The notes beneath the pieces are model-generated. The model did no database searches. It was not told the DNA's origin and was given only the letters and a program-made list of their open reading frames with translations. Shown piece after piece: positions 1 through 8,323 of a DNA stretch of 26,827 bases. The DNA comes from an uncultured Nitrospinaceae bacterium. Its GTDB lineage: Bacteria; UBA8248. Positions within the stretch are counted from its first letter, which is position 1. Each line of letters begins with the position of its first letter. The translations under genes were made by a program, and so were the position numbers. The stretch covers positions 1-26,827 of the forward strand of contig CAXFSR010000061.1 in the NCBI GenBank assembly GCA_964005815.1. The letters are read 5' to 3'.

Positions 1-86
1 GTCCAAGGAAACATCCGATTGTTGAACTTCCAGAGGGTGCAGAAGCTCCTGTGAAAAGGGGTAGAGGGCGTCCAAGGAAGAATTAA
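1..86 (+). CDS. 3' end of a protein with C-terminal AT-hook motifs (partial, begins before the window)
   Basis: The frame from nt 3 reads PRKHPIVELPEGAEAPVKRGRGRPRKN-stop (TAA 84-86). KRGRGRPRK is a canonical AT-hook, and a second (R)PRK core is cut by the window edge. Confidence 0.7.
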   Translation, partial: PRKHPIVELPEGAEAPVKRGRGRPRKN

Positions 87-178
87 ATTAGTTTCTGATT
101 CCAAAAATCTGTAATTTTATCCCATGTTTGTATCATAAATATTTTATTCTTTTCTAATGAATGGAAGAGGTTTTCTAT

Positions 179-1363
179 ATGTCTTTATTGAATGGCATCA
201 AAGTGATCGATGCTGCACAGTTTAATGCTGGTCCGATAGTATCTATGTATCTTGCCCTGATGGGTGCAGATGTTATTAAGGTTGAAAGTTTAGATGGTGA
301 TGACAGTCGTTCTATAGGACCTTTTTCGGGCAATGAGAGCAGCTACTTTATGAGTTTAAATCGAGGTAAAAGATCGATTTCTATTAATTTAAAAACTAAT
401 GATGGAATTGAACTTTTTAAAAAAATAGTAGAAAAATCTGATATTTTAATAGAAAATTTTTCACCTGGAGTAATGGAACGTCTTGGTATTGGTTGGGATG
501 TCTTAAAAGAAGTTAATAATAGACTGATATATGGGTCAGTTACAGGTTTTTCTAAACAGTCTAAACACTCTAAACGCCCTGCATTTGATAGTTTGATACA
601 GGCAGCTTCAGGGTTAGTTAGTGTAACTGGAACAAAAAATGGAGAACTTGTCAGGGTTGGAGTATCTATAGTTGATATAACAACGGGTCTATACTTATTG
701 TCTGGAGTTTTATTGGCTCTATGGAAAAGAGAAAGAGATTCAAAAGGTCGTAAAATAGATGCTTCTATGCTTTCTGCTGCGGTAAATATTTTAGAAAATC
801 CGATTGTTAGACATAGTTTTTCTGGAACTATTCCTAAACCAGAAGGTCTTTCTCATCCTGTTGTTTCTCCGTTCTCAGGATATAAGACAAAAGATGGAAG
901 CATTTTCATCGCAATTTCTAATACAAAACGATTTGCGTTGCTCATGCATTCTTTAGAACTTCACGAACTAACAGAAGATCCTAGATTTATAGATAATGAG
1001 AGTCGGGTGAGAAATGATAAAGAGTTACGTCAAATACTTGAGAAAATACTCATAAAAAAGACGACATTTGAATGGGAAAAAATACTTGTACCTCTTGGTG
1101 TTCCTGCTAGTTCAATTAATAATATTCAAGATGCAAAGCAGAAATATCCAGAGGCATTTGTTAGTGTAGTGCATTCAGAGGCAGGTATAGGATTAATGCC
1201 CGGCGCACCTTTTATTTTTGAAGAAGAAGATTTTGATTTTTCTAAACCTTCGCCATTATTAGGCGAACATACGAATGAAATTTTAGCCGAATTAAATCTT
1301 GATCCTCAAAAGATTGAATTACTGAAATCGGGGAAGATTGTAAGAGATTTTTTGGATGGATAG
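179..1363 (+). CDS. Class III (CaiB/BaiF, Frc-like) CoA-transferase
   Basis: Motifs AGP..LALMGADVIKVE, LNRGKRSI, ENFSPG and the catalytic Asp region GVSIVDITTG; C-terminal PLLGEHT. ATG at 179 is preferred over 161 because GAAGAGG lies upstream and the domain starts there. Confidence 0.92.
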   Translation: MSLLNGIKVIDAAQFNAGPIVSMYLALMGADVIKVESLDGDDSRSIGPFSGNESSYFMSLNRGKRSISINLKTNDGIELFKKIVEKSDILIENFSPGVMERLGIGWDVLKEVNNRLIYGSVTGFSKQSKHSKRPAFDSLIQAASGLVSVTGTKNGELVRVGVSIVDITTGLYLLSGVLLALWKRERDSKGRKIDASMLSAAVNILENPIVRHSFSGTIPKPEGLSHPVVSPFSGYKTKDGSIFIAISNTKRFALLMHSLELHELTEDPRFIDNESRVRNDKELRQILEKILIKKTTFEWEKILVPLGVPASSINNIQDAKQKYPEAFVSVVHSEAGIGLMPGAPFIFEEEDFDFSKPSPLLGEHTNEILAELNLDPQKIELLKSGKIVRDFLDG

Positions 1364-1367
1364 CGTA

Positions 1368-1682
1368 TTATTTTTTTTGTTCTTTTGGAAATCGCTTCTG
1401 CCACTGAATTCTTTGGTGCTTCAGGATGCCGTATAACATAAATCCACAAATAGTTACCAAGATTAAAATTACTAAAAAACCAAGTGTCATATATTTCTGA
1501 AAACTACTGTTTTGTAATATTGAAGAATTTTCTCTATGTATAGATTTTTTTTCAAATGTCTCTTGTTGTGAAATTTTATTAAAATTATTATTTACCTCAG
1601 GAGTCCATAGAAATGGAATGGAAAGCATAGAGAAAATAAAAACTAAAGGAATGATCAGTTTTGTAACATATATTTTTAGCAA
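1368..1682 (-). CDS. Small hypothetical membrane protein with two hydrophobic segments
   Basis: 104-aa ORF filling an intergenic gap, with N-terminal and near-C-terminal hydrophobic helices and a basic tail. No family recognised. Confidence 0.55.
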   Translation of the reverse strand: MLKIYVTKLIIPLVFIFSMLSIPFLWTPEVNNNFNKISQQETFEKKSIHRENSSILQNSSFQKYMTLGFLVILILVTICGFMLYGILKHQRIQWQKRFPKEQKK

Positions 1683-1803
1683 AATTATCTCTGATTACAT
1701 TATGAAATTTAAATGTTTATAATTTAAAATTATGTTGGTTTGTTCAAAGGCTTATACAACATCGTTATTATAACATAAAGTTTTCCCCCTTGAGGTTGAA
1801 TAA

Positions 1804-2565
1804 ATGCAAAAACCTAAAATAGGAATAAGTTGTGATTTAAGTAAGAGGACTTTTCCTGAAAACCCTAAAGAAAGAGATCGACATGTTTTAATGGATGCTT
1901 ACATTTTATCAATAATAAAGAGTGGAGGTTTGCCATTCTTATTACCCTCTGTAACTGAAGTTAACTTAACTAGCCATTTTATCCGAAATTTAGATGGAAT
2001 TTTAGTTTCTGGAGGTGCTCATGATATTGATCCTTCAAATTATGATGCAGATAGACATGCGAAGTGTGCACCTCCTAATATAAAGAGAGAAAATTTTGAA
2101 ATATGTTTAATCAAGAAAGCAATGGAACTAGATATGCCTATACTTGGGATTTGTGGAGGCATGCAGGCAATAAATGTTGCAGCTGGTGGTACTTTATATC
2201 AGGATATTCAGAGTTTCTTTGATAATCCTCTTCAACATCAACCAGATGAAGAGTCTACTTATTCTTTTCATAATATAGAGATTGAATCATCTAAGCTTGA
2301 GGAATTGTTTAGTTCTTCTAGTGAACTTGTTAATAGTAATCATCATCAAAGTTTAAAAGAGGTTCCTGAATCATTTCATATTAATGCTTTTTCTGTTGAC
2401 GGGGTTATAGAAGGAATCGAAAGCAAAGAAAATTCTTATATTTTAGGTGTTCAATGGCATCCAGAATCTCTTTTTTCTTATATGGAAGAAGATTTTCCTC
2501 ATTCAAAAAAATTATTTTCATCATTTATTGAATCTTCCCTTATTTACGCAGAAGAGAAAAAATAA
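1804..2565 (+). CDS. Peptidase C26 / gamma-glutamyl-gamma-aminobutyrate hydrolase (PuuD-like class I glutamine amidotransferase)
   Basis: KPKIGI N-terminus, LDGILVSGG..DIDP, nucleophile elbow GICGGMQ, VNSNHHQ, GVQWHPE (Cys-His-Glu triad); SD GAGG upstream. Confidence 0.9.
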   Translation: MQKPKIGISCDLSKRTFPENPKERDRHVLMDAYILSIIKSGGLPFLLPSVTEVNLTSHFIRNLDGILVSGGAHDIDPSNYDADRHAKCAPPNIKRENFEICLIKKAMELDMPILGICGGMQAINVAAGGTLYQDIQSFFDNPLQHQPDEESTYSFHNIEIESSKLEELFSSSSELVNSNHHQSLKEVPESFHINAFSVDGVIEGIESKENSYILGVQWHPESLFSYMEEDFPHSKKLFSSFIESSLIYAEEKK

Positions 2566-2593
2566 GTTTGTTGACTAAAAAAGGAATAGAATT

Positions 2594-3661
2594 TTGAAAT
2601 TAGGAATTATCGGATTTGCTAGTAGCGGGAAAACATGTTTGTTCAATGCCCTAACTGAGGGGAAGTCTTCCGAAGCAGGTTCTCATTCTTCACGTCCAAA
2701 TATAGGAATTGCGAAGGTTAAAGATGAAAGAATTGATTTTCTTTCAAGAATTTATAATCCTTTAAAGAAAACCTATGCAACGGTCGAATTTGTTGATGTG
2801 CCAGAAATGCTAAATAAAGAATCTGCAAATACTCAAAATTTTTCACAATTCTTACATGGTGTCGACGCACTTATAATTGTTGTCAGAAATTTCGACGATC
2901 CTTCTGTTCCGAATCCTAAAAATAGGGTAGATCCAAAACTAGATTTTAGTGAAATTGTTAATGACTTGATTTTTAACGATCTCATTCTAGTCGAAAGGAG
3001 GATCGAAAAATTAGAACGTTCAGTTAGACTAAAGAAAGATAGAGATGAGGTTCAGGAGTTAGAACTTTTGCGAAGAATTCAAGTTTTTCTTGAAGAGGGG
3101 AAGGTTATAACAAAACTGGATTTAACAGAGGAAGAGAAAAATATTCTTAAGGGTTTTGATTTGCAATCTTCTAAACCTTTTTTGCCAGTGATTAATATTT
3201 CAGAAGATCAACTAATTCATTCAAAAGATTCTTTCGAAAATATATTTTCTGAGTTTGAGATAGAGCCAATTACATTATGTGTAAAATTAGAAGAAGAACT
3301 ATCCCAAATGTCAAAAGAAGATCAAGAGTTATTTTTAAAAGACTATAATATAGATTCACCTGCAAAGGATACGGTTATTAAATCGTCATTTCAACTTTTA
3401 GATCTCGATTGTTTTTTAACTGTTGGTGAAGATGAGGTACGTTCATGGCCAATTGTGTCTAATAGTAGTATTTTAAAAGCTGCTGGAACAATACATTCTG
3501 ATTTAGAAAGAGGATTTATTAGAGCGGAAGTTATTTCTTATAATGATTTTGTAGAATGTGGCTCTATGTCTTCCGCTAGAAAAAAAGGTGTTTTAAGATT
3601 AGAAGGAAAGAAGTATAAAGTAAGTGATGGAGATATAGTAAATATCAGATTTAATGTCTAG
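2594..3661 (+). CDS. ychF: YchF/Ola1-family Obg-like ATPase (divergent, with C-terminal DUF933/TGS domain)
   Basis: P-loop GFASSGKT; V.DERIDFLS..Y.P.K.TYATVEFVD; C-terminal FLTVGEDEVRSW, AAGTIHSDLERGFIRAEV, RLEGKKY.V.DGDIV..RFNV. TTG start with AAGGA SD. Confidence 0.9.
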   Translation: MKLGIIGFASSGKTCLFNALTEGKSSEAGSHSSRPNIGIAKVKDERIDFLSRIYNPLKKTYATVEFVDVPEMLNKESANTQNFSQFLHGVDALIIVVRNFDDPSVPNPKNRVDPKLDFSEIVNDLIFNDLILVERRIEKLERSVRLKKDRDEVQELELLRRIQVFLEEGKVITKLDLTEEEKNILKGFDLQSSKPFLPVINISEDQLIHSKDSFENIFSEFEIEPITLCVKLEEELSQMSKEDQELFLKDYNIDSPAKDTVIKSSFQLLDLDCFLTVGEDEVRSWPIVSNSSILKAAGTIHSDLERGFIRAEVISYNDFVECGSMSSARKKGVLRLEGKKYKVSDGDIVNIRFNV

Positions 3662-4674
3662 GATATTTTTCCTTTTATTCTAAGAATTCTTTCCAACGAT
3701 TTTTTTTCTGTTTCCGGGTCAAGTTCTAAATTTTCTATTTTTTTACAAAGAAATTGATAGTTTTTTTCATAGTTCTCAGAGTTATTACAGATTAGGATTA
3801 TATCGGCTCCCGCATTAATGCTCTTAAAAGCGTTCTTTTCGCTTAATGAAATCGCATTCATATCAAGATCATCCGTGAGTACGATTCCTTCAAAAGATAA
3901 TTTTTCTCGCAAAATTTTGATCATAATCTTTTTTGATTGACTAGATATGTGATCTGGATCAATTTTTGTATAAATTGTGTGACCTACCATAACAGTAAGA
4001 ACACGTTCATCATTAGATTTTGAATCGAAGGCTAATTTAAATGGAATAAGTTCTCTAGTAGTTAGTTTATTTTCAGAAATATCGCAAATTGGGAGTTCAT
4101 GATGGGGATCTACATGAATTTCTCCGATACCTGGGAAATGTTTAGCGCACGCGGCAATCAAATTTGACTGATAATAACTTATAATTTTTCTCCCTGTAAA
4201 ACCGACTTTTTCTGGATTAGAACCAAAGGAACGATCTCCTATTACTGTGCATTCAGGATTGGTAGATAAATCTAAGACAGGAGATAAATTTAAATTTATT
4301 CCTACCTTTTTCATCTGTCTTGCTAGTAAAACAACACATTTTTTTATTCTTTTTTCTTCTTCATATTTTGAAAGAGATTGTGCTGATGGCAGGCAGTCAA
4401 AATCTGGTGATAGTCTACTTACACGTCCTCCTTCTTCATCAATTGAAACAAACAAGGGAATCTTGAGTCTGCTTTTAAGAGAGGCGTTTTGTAAGTTGCT
4501 AATTAAACTACAAAGTTGATCAAAACTTTTTATATTTCTTTTAAACAATATAATTCCACCAATTTGTCCATTTTTGATTCTTTCTATTAAAAATTTGGGT
4601 GGAGATATTCCATCAAAACCGATAATAAAATGTTGACCCGCTTTTTCTTTTGTAGTCCAGTTTTTTATATCCAA
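3658..4674 (-). CDS. nagZ: Beta-N-acetylhexosaminidase (GH3, NagZ)
   Basis: IGGIILFKRN, IDEEGGRVSRL, PVLD, IGDRSFG, KHFPGIG....DPH (general-acid loop), LTDDLDM (nucleophile). Confidence 0.93.
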   Translation of the reverse strand: MDIKNWTTKEKAGQHFIIGFDGISPPKFLIERIKNGQIGGIILFKRNIKSFDQLCSLISNLQNASLKSRLKIPLFVSIDEEGGRVSRLSPDFDCLPSAQSLSKYEEEKRIKKCVVLLARQMKKVGINLNLSPVLDLSTNPECTVIGDRSFGSNPEKVGFTGRKIISYYQSNLIAACAKHFPGIGEIHVDPHHELPICDISENKLTTRELIPFKLAFDSKSNDERVLTVMVGHTIYTKIDPDHISSQSKKIMIKILREKLSFEGIVLTDDLDMNAISLSEKNAFKSINAGADIILICNNSENYEKNYQFLCKKIENLELDPETEKKSLERILRIKGKIS

Positions 4675-4677
4675 AAT

Positions 4678-5364
4678 TTAACTCATAGTCTTAATTGTGA
4701 AAGCTTCAGCTAATTTATATCCTCCTTTTTTGCCATTTTCTTCTGCTCGCTTATAATGTCTTTCTTTTGCATTATATTGTTCTCCAATTTGGCTTACATG
4801 GCATTTAATGGACTGAATTTTAGTTTCTATGGTTTCTGAAATATCTACAAAAAAATTAGGATCAGTCGAACCTGTATATAGAATATTGTCTGTATGATGA
4901 GCATTTATGTTCGCATATGTAAGTTCTGGAAGAAAATGATGATCTCTCGCATAAATTAAACCCTTGAAAGTGGCATGACCAACTGCTTGGTGGTCTGGAT
5001 GTTGGTAATGAGGTCTCCAAGGGTCATGTGTAACTATAGTATCTGGTTGAAAGTGACGAATTAGAAAAGCAATTTGATTACGAAATGCTCTAGAATCTTC
5101 TAATTCACCGTCTCGATTTCTTAGAAATAAAGTTTCTTGTACACCTAAAATTGCAGAAGCTTCTAATTGTTCTTTTTCTCTTATTTTTGCAATTTCATGT
5201 GTTGAATAGTCCTCCTTGGTTCCCTTATCTCCATTTGTACAAATGATAGTTCTGACTGTAGCACCTTCGGAAATCCATCTTGCAATACTCCCACCCGAAC
5301 CCAGTTCAGCATCATCTGGATGTGCCATAATAATCAAGATATTTTTAAATTCTTCGTTTTTCAA
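4678..5364 (-). CDS. PIG-L family GlcNAc deacetylase (MshB/BshB/LmbE-like)
   Basis: AHPDDAE zinc motif, TNGDKG, R..EQ..A..ILGV, HPDH, K..H.SQ, AEAF. TTG start with AAGGAG SD. Confidence 0.9.
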   Translation of the reverse strand: MKNEEFKNILIIMAHPDDAELGSGGSIARWISEGATVRTIICTNGDKGTKEDYSTHEIAKIREKEQLEASAILGVQETLFLRNRDGELEDSRAFRNQIAFLIRHFQPDTIVTHDPWRPHYQHPDHQAVGHATFKGLIYARDHHFLPELTYANINAHHTDNILYTGSTDPNFFVDISETIETKIQSIKCHVSQIGEQYNAKERHYKRAEENGKKGGYKLAEAFTIKTMS

Positions 5365-5380
5365 GATTTTCTCCTTCTTT

Positions 5381-6655
5381 TTATACTTTTAATGTTCTCC
5401 ATATCTTAATTTCAGCTTTTGCAGTATTTTCCCAACTAAAGATTTGAGCACGATCTTTTGCATTTTCCCCCAATTTTTCAGAAAACTTTTTGTTAATCAA
5501 AAGGTTATTAAGCGTTAATGCGTATTCAGATGTGCTTCCTTCAGGAACTAAGATACCAGTAAAATTTTGTTTGATAGACTCTGCAATCCCCCCAACTTTA
5601 TATGCAACAGCAGGTAATCCGCATGAAGCAGCTTCTAGTGCAACAAGACAAAATGTTTCATATCTAGAGGGTATTGCAAGAAGTTCTACTGCAGAGTACC
5701 AGTAACTTAATTCGTAATGTGTCCTTGATCCAATAAAAGAGAAATTATCATATACATTTAATTTCTTTGAAAGGGAAAGAATTCTTTCTACTTCTTTTGT
5801 TTGAGAAGTGGATTGAAAATCTTTTCCATTAAGACCCTTGAAATTATTCTTTTTATTGTTTTTTTTCACAATTCCTCCTATGTGGAGAGCGTGAAATTTT
5901 AATTCAGGATTAATTAATTTAAGGAATTTTAAAGAATGCATATAAAGGTCTAGCCCCTTTACTGGATCTATTCTCCCAACGCTTAAGAAGTACTTAATGT
6001 CATTTTTCAATCCAAGTTTTTTTCTTGCAGTTTTTTTTTGTTGAAAAAAATAGGGATTAACACCACATGGAATAATATGAATCTTTCTAGGACTGATAGC
6101 GAAATCTTCGATTATTGTTTTTTTTTCGTTATTTGAGGATACAATTATTGCATCACAGAATTTGGATAGTTTTTTTTCGGTTTCAATTCTGTTCTTGTTT
6201 TCCGAAAATGCATAACTATGGAGAACATCTTCTTTTTGTTTCCCTAATGTATGAAAACGTAAAATTAAAGGGATTCTCCATTTTTCGCATAATTTTTTTC
6301 CTATTACTCCTGAAAGCCAATAATGTGAGATTACTAAGTCATAACTATTTTTTTCTTCTTTAGAAAACAAAAAAATCTGTTTTGTGAAAAGGTTCAAATA
6401 GTCGATGAGTTTATTTTTTTTTACATCATTTTGCGGGCCAGCGAGAATTCTAATTATTCTGGAATTTTTACTTGGAAATTGCTTTTTTTCAAGACGTGGA
6501 TTATGAGATCTAGTGAAAATATCAATTTTAAATCCTAACTTTGAGAAAGACTTTGTTAATTCTCTAACATAAACGTTCATACCACCTGAAGTGTCTCCAC
6601 CAAGTGAACTAAAAGGGTCTGTATGATATGAGATTATCGCAATATTTTTTGACAT
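5381..6655 (-). CDS. mshA: GT4 glycosyltransferase, MshA-like (D-inositol-3-phosphate glycosyltransferase family)
   Basis: N-terminal S.HT.P....GG..SGGMNVYV, DIFTR, AGP, SHYWLSG, FHTL, GRIDPVKG, PS.YETF.LVALEA...G.P are MshA signature segments. The acceptor substrate cannot be determined from sequence. Confidence 0.8.
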   Translation of the reverse strand: MSKNIAIISYHTDPFSSLGGDTSGGMNVYVRELTKSFSKLGFKIDIFTRSHNPRLEKKQFPSKNSRIIRILAGPQNDVKKNKLIDYLNLFTKQIFLFSKEEKNSYDLVISHYWLSGVIGKKLCEKWRIPLILRFHTLGKQKEDVLHSYAFSENKNRIETEKKLSKFCDAIIVSSNNEKKTIIEDFAISPRKIHIIPCGVNPYFFQQKKTARKKLGLKNDIKYFLSVGRIDPVKGLDLYMHSLKFLKLINPELKFHALHIGGIVKKNNKKNNFKGLNGKDFQSTSQTKEVERILSLSKKLNVYDNFSFIGSRTHYELSYWYSAVELLAIPSRYETFCLVALEAASCGLPAVAYKVGGIAESIKQNFTGILVPEGSTSEYALTLNNLLINKKFSEKLGENAKDRAQIFSWENTAKAEIKIWRTLKV

Positions 6656-6659
6656 TTTA

Positions 6660-7712
6660 TCAATTTATTTTTGGAATTATTGCCGTCGAAATGTTTGTTT
6701 CCAGAGATCCAAAGTCATATTTATATGATTCATTTCCACGTAGCATGTCAAAATGAGTCATTTTTTCTTCGATAGCTTGACGGATATTATTTGCTAAAAG
6801 GACAAGTCCACCGCTAAATTCGGGTGTAGTTGTGTCGTATCCAGAGTTATAAAGGTAAATTTTCCTGTTATAGACAAATGAAAGTGTAGATGCGATTGGA
6901 AAATTATCTAGTCTAAGAAACGATAATTTTAAAAATTTTTTTTCATCCATTTTTCTTGCCATTTCAAAGAAGAATTCTTTTCTTTTATCATTCCAAAATT
7001 CAGCTTTTTCAGGTTGGCTCATAGAATGCAAGGAGATAAAGGAGTTCATATCATTTTTTAAATTATCCTTTGACTCGTAGAAATCAATATTTTGTTCTGT
7101 TTCTACTTTTCTGATTTTTCTAAGTAGATTTCGTTTAAATCTTGGGTCCAAGTTTTCTAAGAATAAATCCCAAGTATCCGGAAGTTTAATTATTGGACAA
7201 ACTTCTTCTTTTGCGCATTCTAATTTATGTCCAACAATTTTTTTTAGAATACTCAATGTAGGAGATTCATCTGGAATTCCTCGAAGTTTAATTTGTTTCC
7301 ATGGAAGGTCAGAATTATTGAGATAATTAAGGAATAATTCTAGGCAAATTTCTTCAAACTGATTTTTGATAATTACGTCTAAATAATCTGATAAGTCTTT
7401 TCCTCCGATAAAACGTAAAGTCCCGCTTTTTTCCAATACTAGTGGAAAAATTCCAATAAGACTTTTATTGTTATCTCTAATTGTAAAAATTGTTAGTTTT
7501 CCTTCTCCAAATTTTTTCCACCAGGAGAATTGCCATTCTGGTTCGTAAAATGGATGCGGAACATTCATTGAACCTACTAATTTTGACCATTCTCTAGAAA
7601 GTGTTGAAAATACATTTTCTTGTTGATGAAGTTCAATTTCGTACAATTGTCCATTTGAATTTATGATTGACATTTGATTACTCAAAATATTTTTTGACAA
7701 GATTTCCACCAA
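6660..7712 (-). CDS. GNAT-family acyltransferase, Acetyltransf_6 (CelD/BcsL, FemAB-like double-GNAT) type
   Basis: PF..P.W...WW..FG, LIGIFPL, SDYLD, CP.I.LP.TWD.FL, YLYNSGYD, FDMLRGNESYKY.FG. Start uncertain (TTG 7712 or ATG 7673). Confidence 0.85.
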   Translation of the reverse strand: MVEILSKNILSNQMSIINSNGQLYEIELHQQENVFSTLSREWSKLVGSMNVPHPFYEPEWQFSWWKKFGEGKLTIFTIRDNNKSLIGIFPLVLEKSGTLRFIGGKDLSDYLDVIIKNQFEEICLELFLNYLNNSDLPWKQIKLRGIPDESPTLSILKKIVGHKLECAKEEVCPIIKLPDTWDLFLENLDPRFKRNLLRKIRKVETEQNIDFYESKDNLKNDMNSFISLHSMSQPEKAEFWNDKRKEFFFEMARKMDEKKFLKLSFLRLDNFPIASTLSFVYNRKIYLYNSGYDTTTPEFSGGLVLLANNIRQAIEEKMTHFDMLRGNESYKYDFGSLETNISTAIIPKIN

Positions 7713-7735
7713 TTTTTATCAAGATTTCTAATTTT

Positions 7736-8323
7736 TTATTTAATGCCTATAAATTTTGCAGAATTATGATTTTCAATGGGGTCACTTAATTTTGTACTAG
7801 AGAAAAATAAAAAACGTTTATAAAAAAGAGTTTGAAATTGTTCAAAGCCAGCTTTGGAAACGCCCTTTCGTGAAGCTAAATTTTTATGTTCTACAAAGAT
7901 TAAGGACCTTTTCAGTTTTTCTTTCTCTGCAGTTTCTAAAGCTAATTTTAAAACGGTAGGATAAAGATTATTTCCTCTCCATTTTTCAATTGTGAATGCA
8001 TCATATAAGTAAACTTCATTTGCAGATGGTTTGATTGCCATATTAATTTCGTCAACACCGACACTACCTCTAGATGACCATATATAACTTGTTACTCTTT
8101 TGTTTATGATTGCGACATAACACTTTTCGCCGCGATCGAATCGGGGGTCTATAACTCTTTTTTCCTGCACCTCATAGATAAGTTTATTTTCGGGGGAGTT
8201 TCTATCAAGAATTAAGGTAGTAGATTCTATTTTGGGCTCAAAGTTTGGGATCTTAGTTGGATGAACAAAATCATAAAGACACAGTTCAACTTTTGATTTC
8301 ATAACTGAATTTAAGAGTTTCAA
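7736..8323 (-). CDS. GNAT-family N-acetyltransferase
   Basis: YLYDAFT.EKWRGNNL (AcCoA-binding motif A) and N.AS.K...KAGF. The TTG start overlaps the amgK stop (TTGA) and has an AAGGA SD. Confidence 0.8.
   Translation of the reverse strand: MKLLNSVMKSKVELCLYDFVHPTKIPNFEPKIESTTLILDRNSPENKLIYEVQEKRVIDPRFDRGEKCYVAIINKRVTSYIWSSRGSVGVDEINMAIKPSANEVYLYDAFTIEKWRGNNLYPTVLKLALETAEKEKLKRSLIFVEHKNLASRKGVSKAGFEQFQTLFYKRFLFFSSTKLSDPIENHNSAKFIGIK

Noticed and set aside
179..1363. CoA-transferase as DddD DMSP lyase, given the DddP-like and cupin genes nearby
   Set aside because: It has a single ~395-aa CaiB domain, whereas DddD is a fused double-domain protein about twice as long; it is also 9 kb from the cluster.
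3658..3661. Convergent ychF and nagZ stop codons sharing the palindrome CTAG
   Set aside because: A common 4-nt convergent overlap in compact genomes, with no sign of extra function.
6031..6126. Poly-T tracts (T9 at 6031-6039 and 6118-6126) in the glycosyltransferase as phase-variation sites
   Set aside because: A/T runs of 8-9 nt are common throughout this AT-rich window and the frame is intact.
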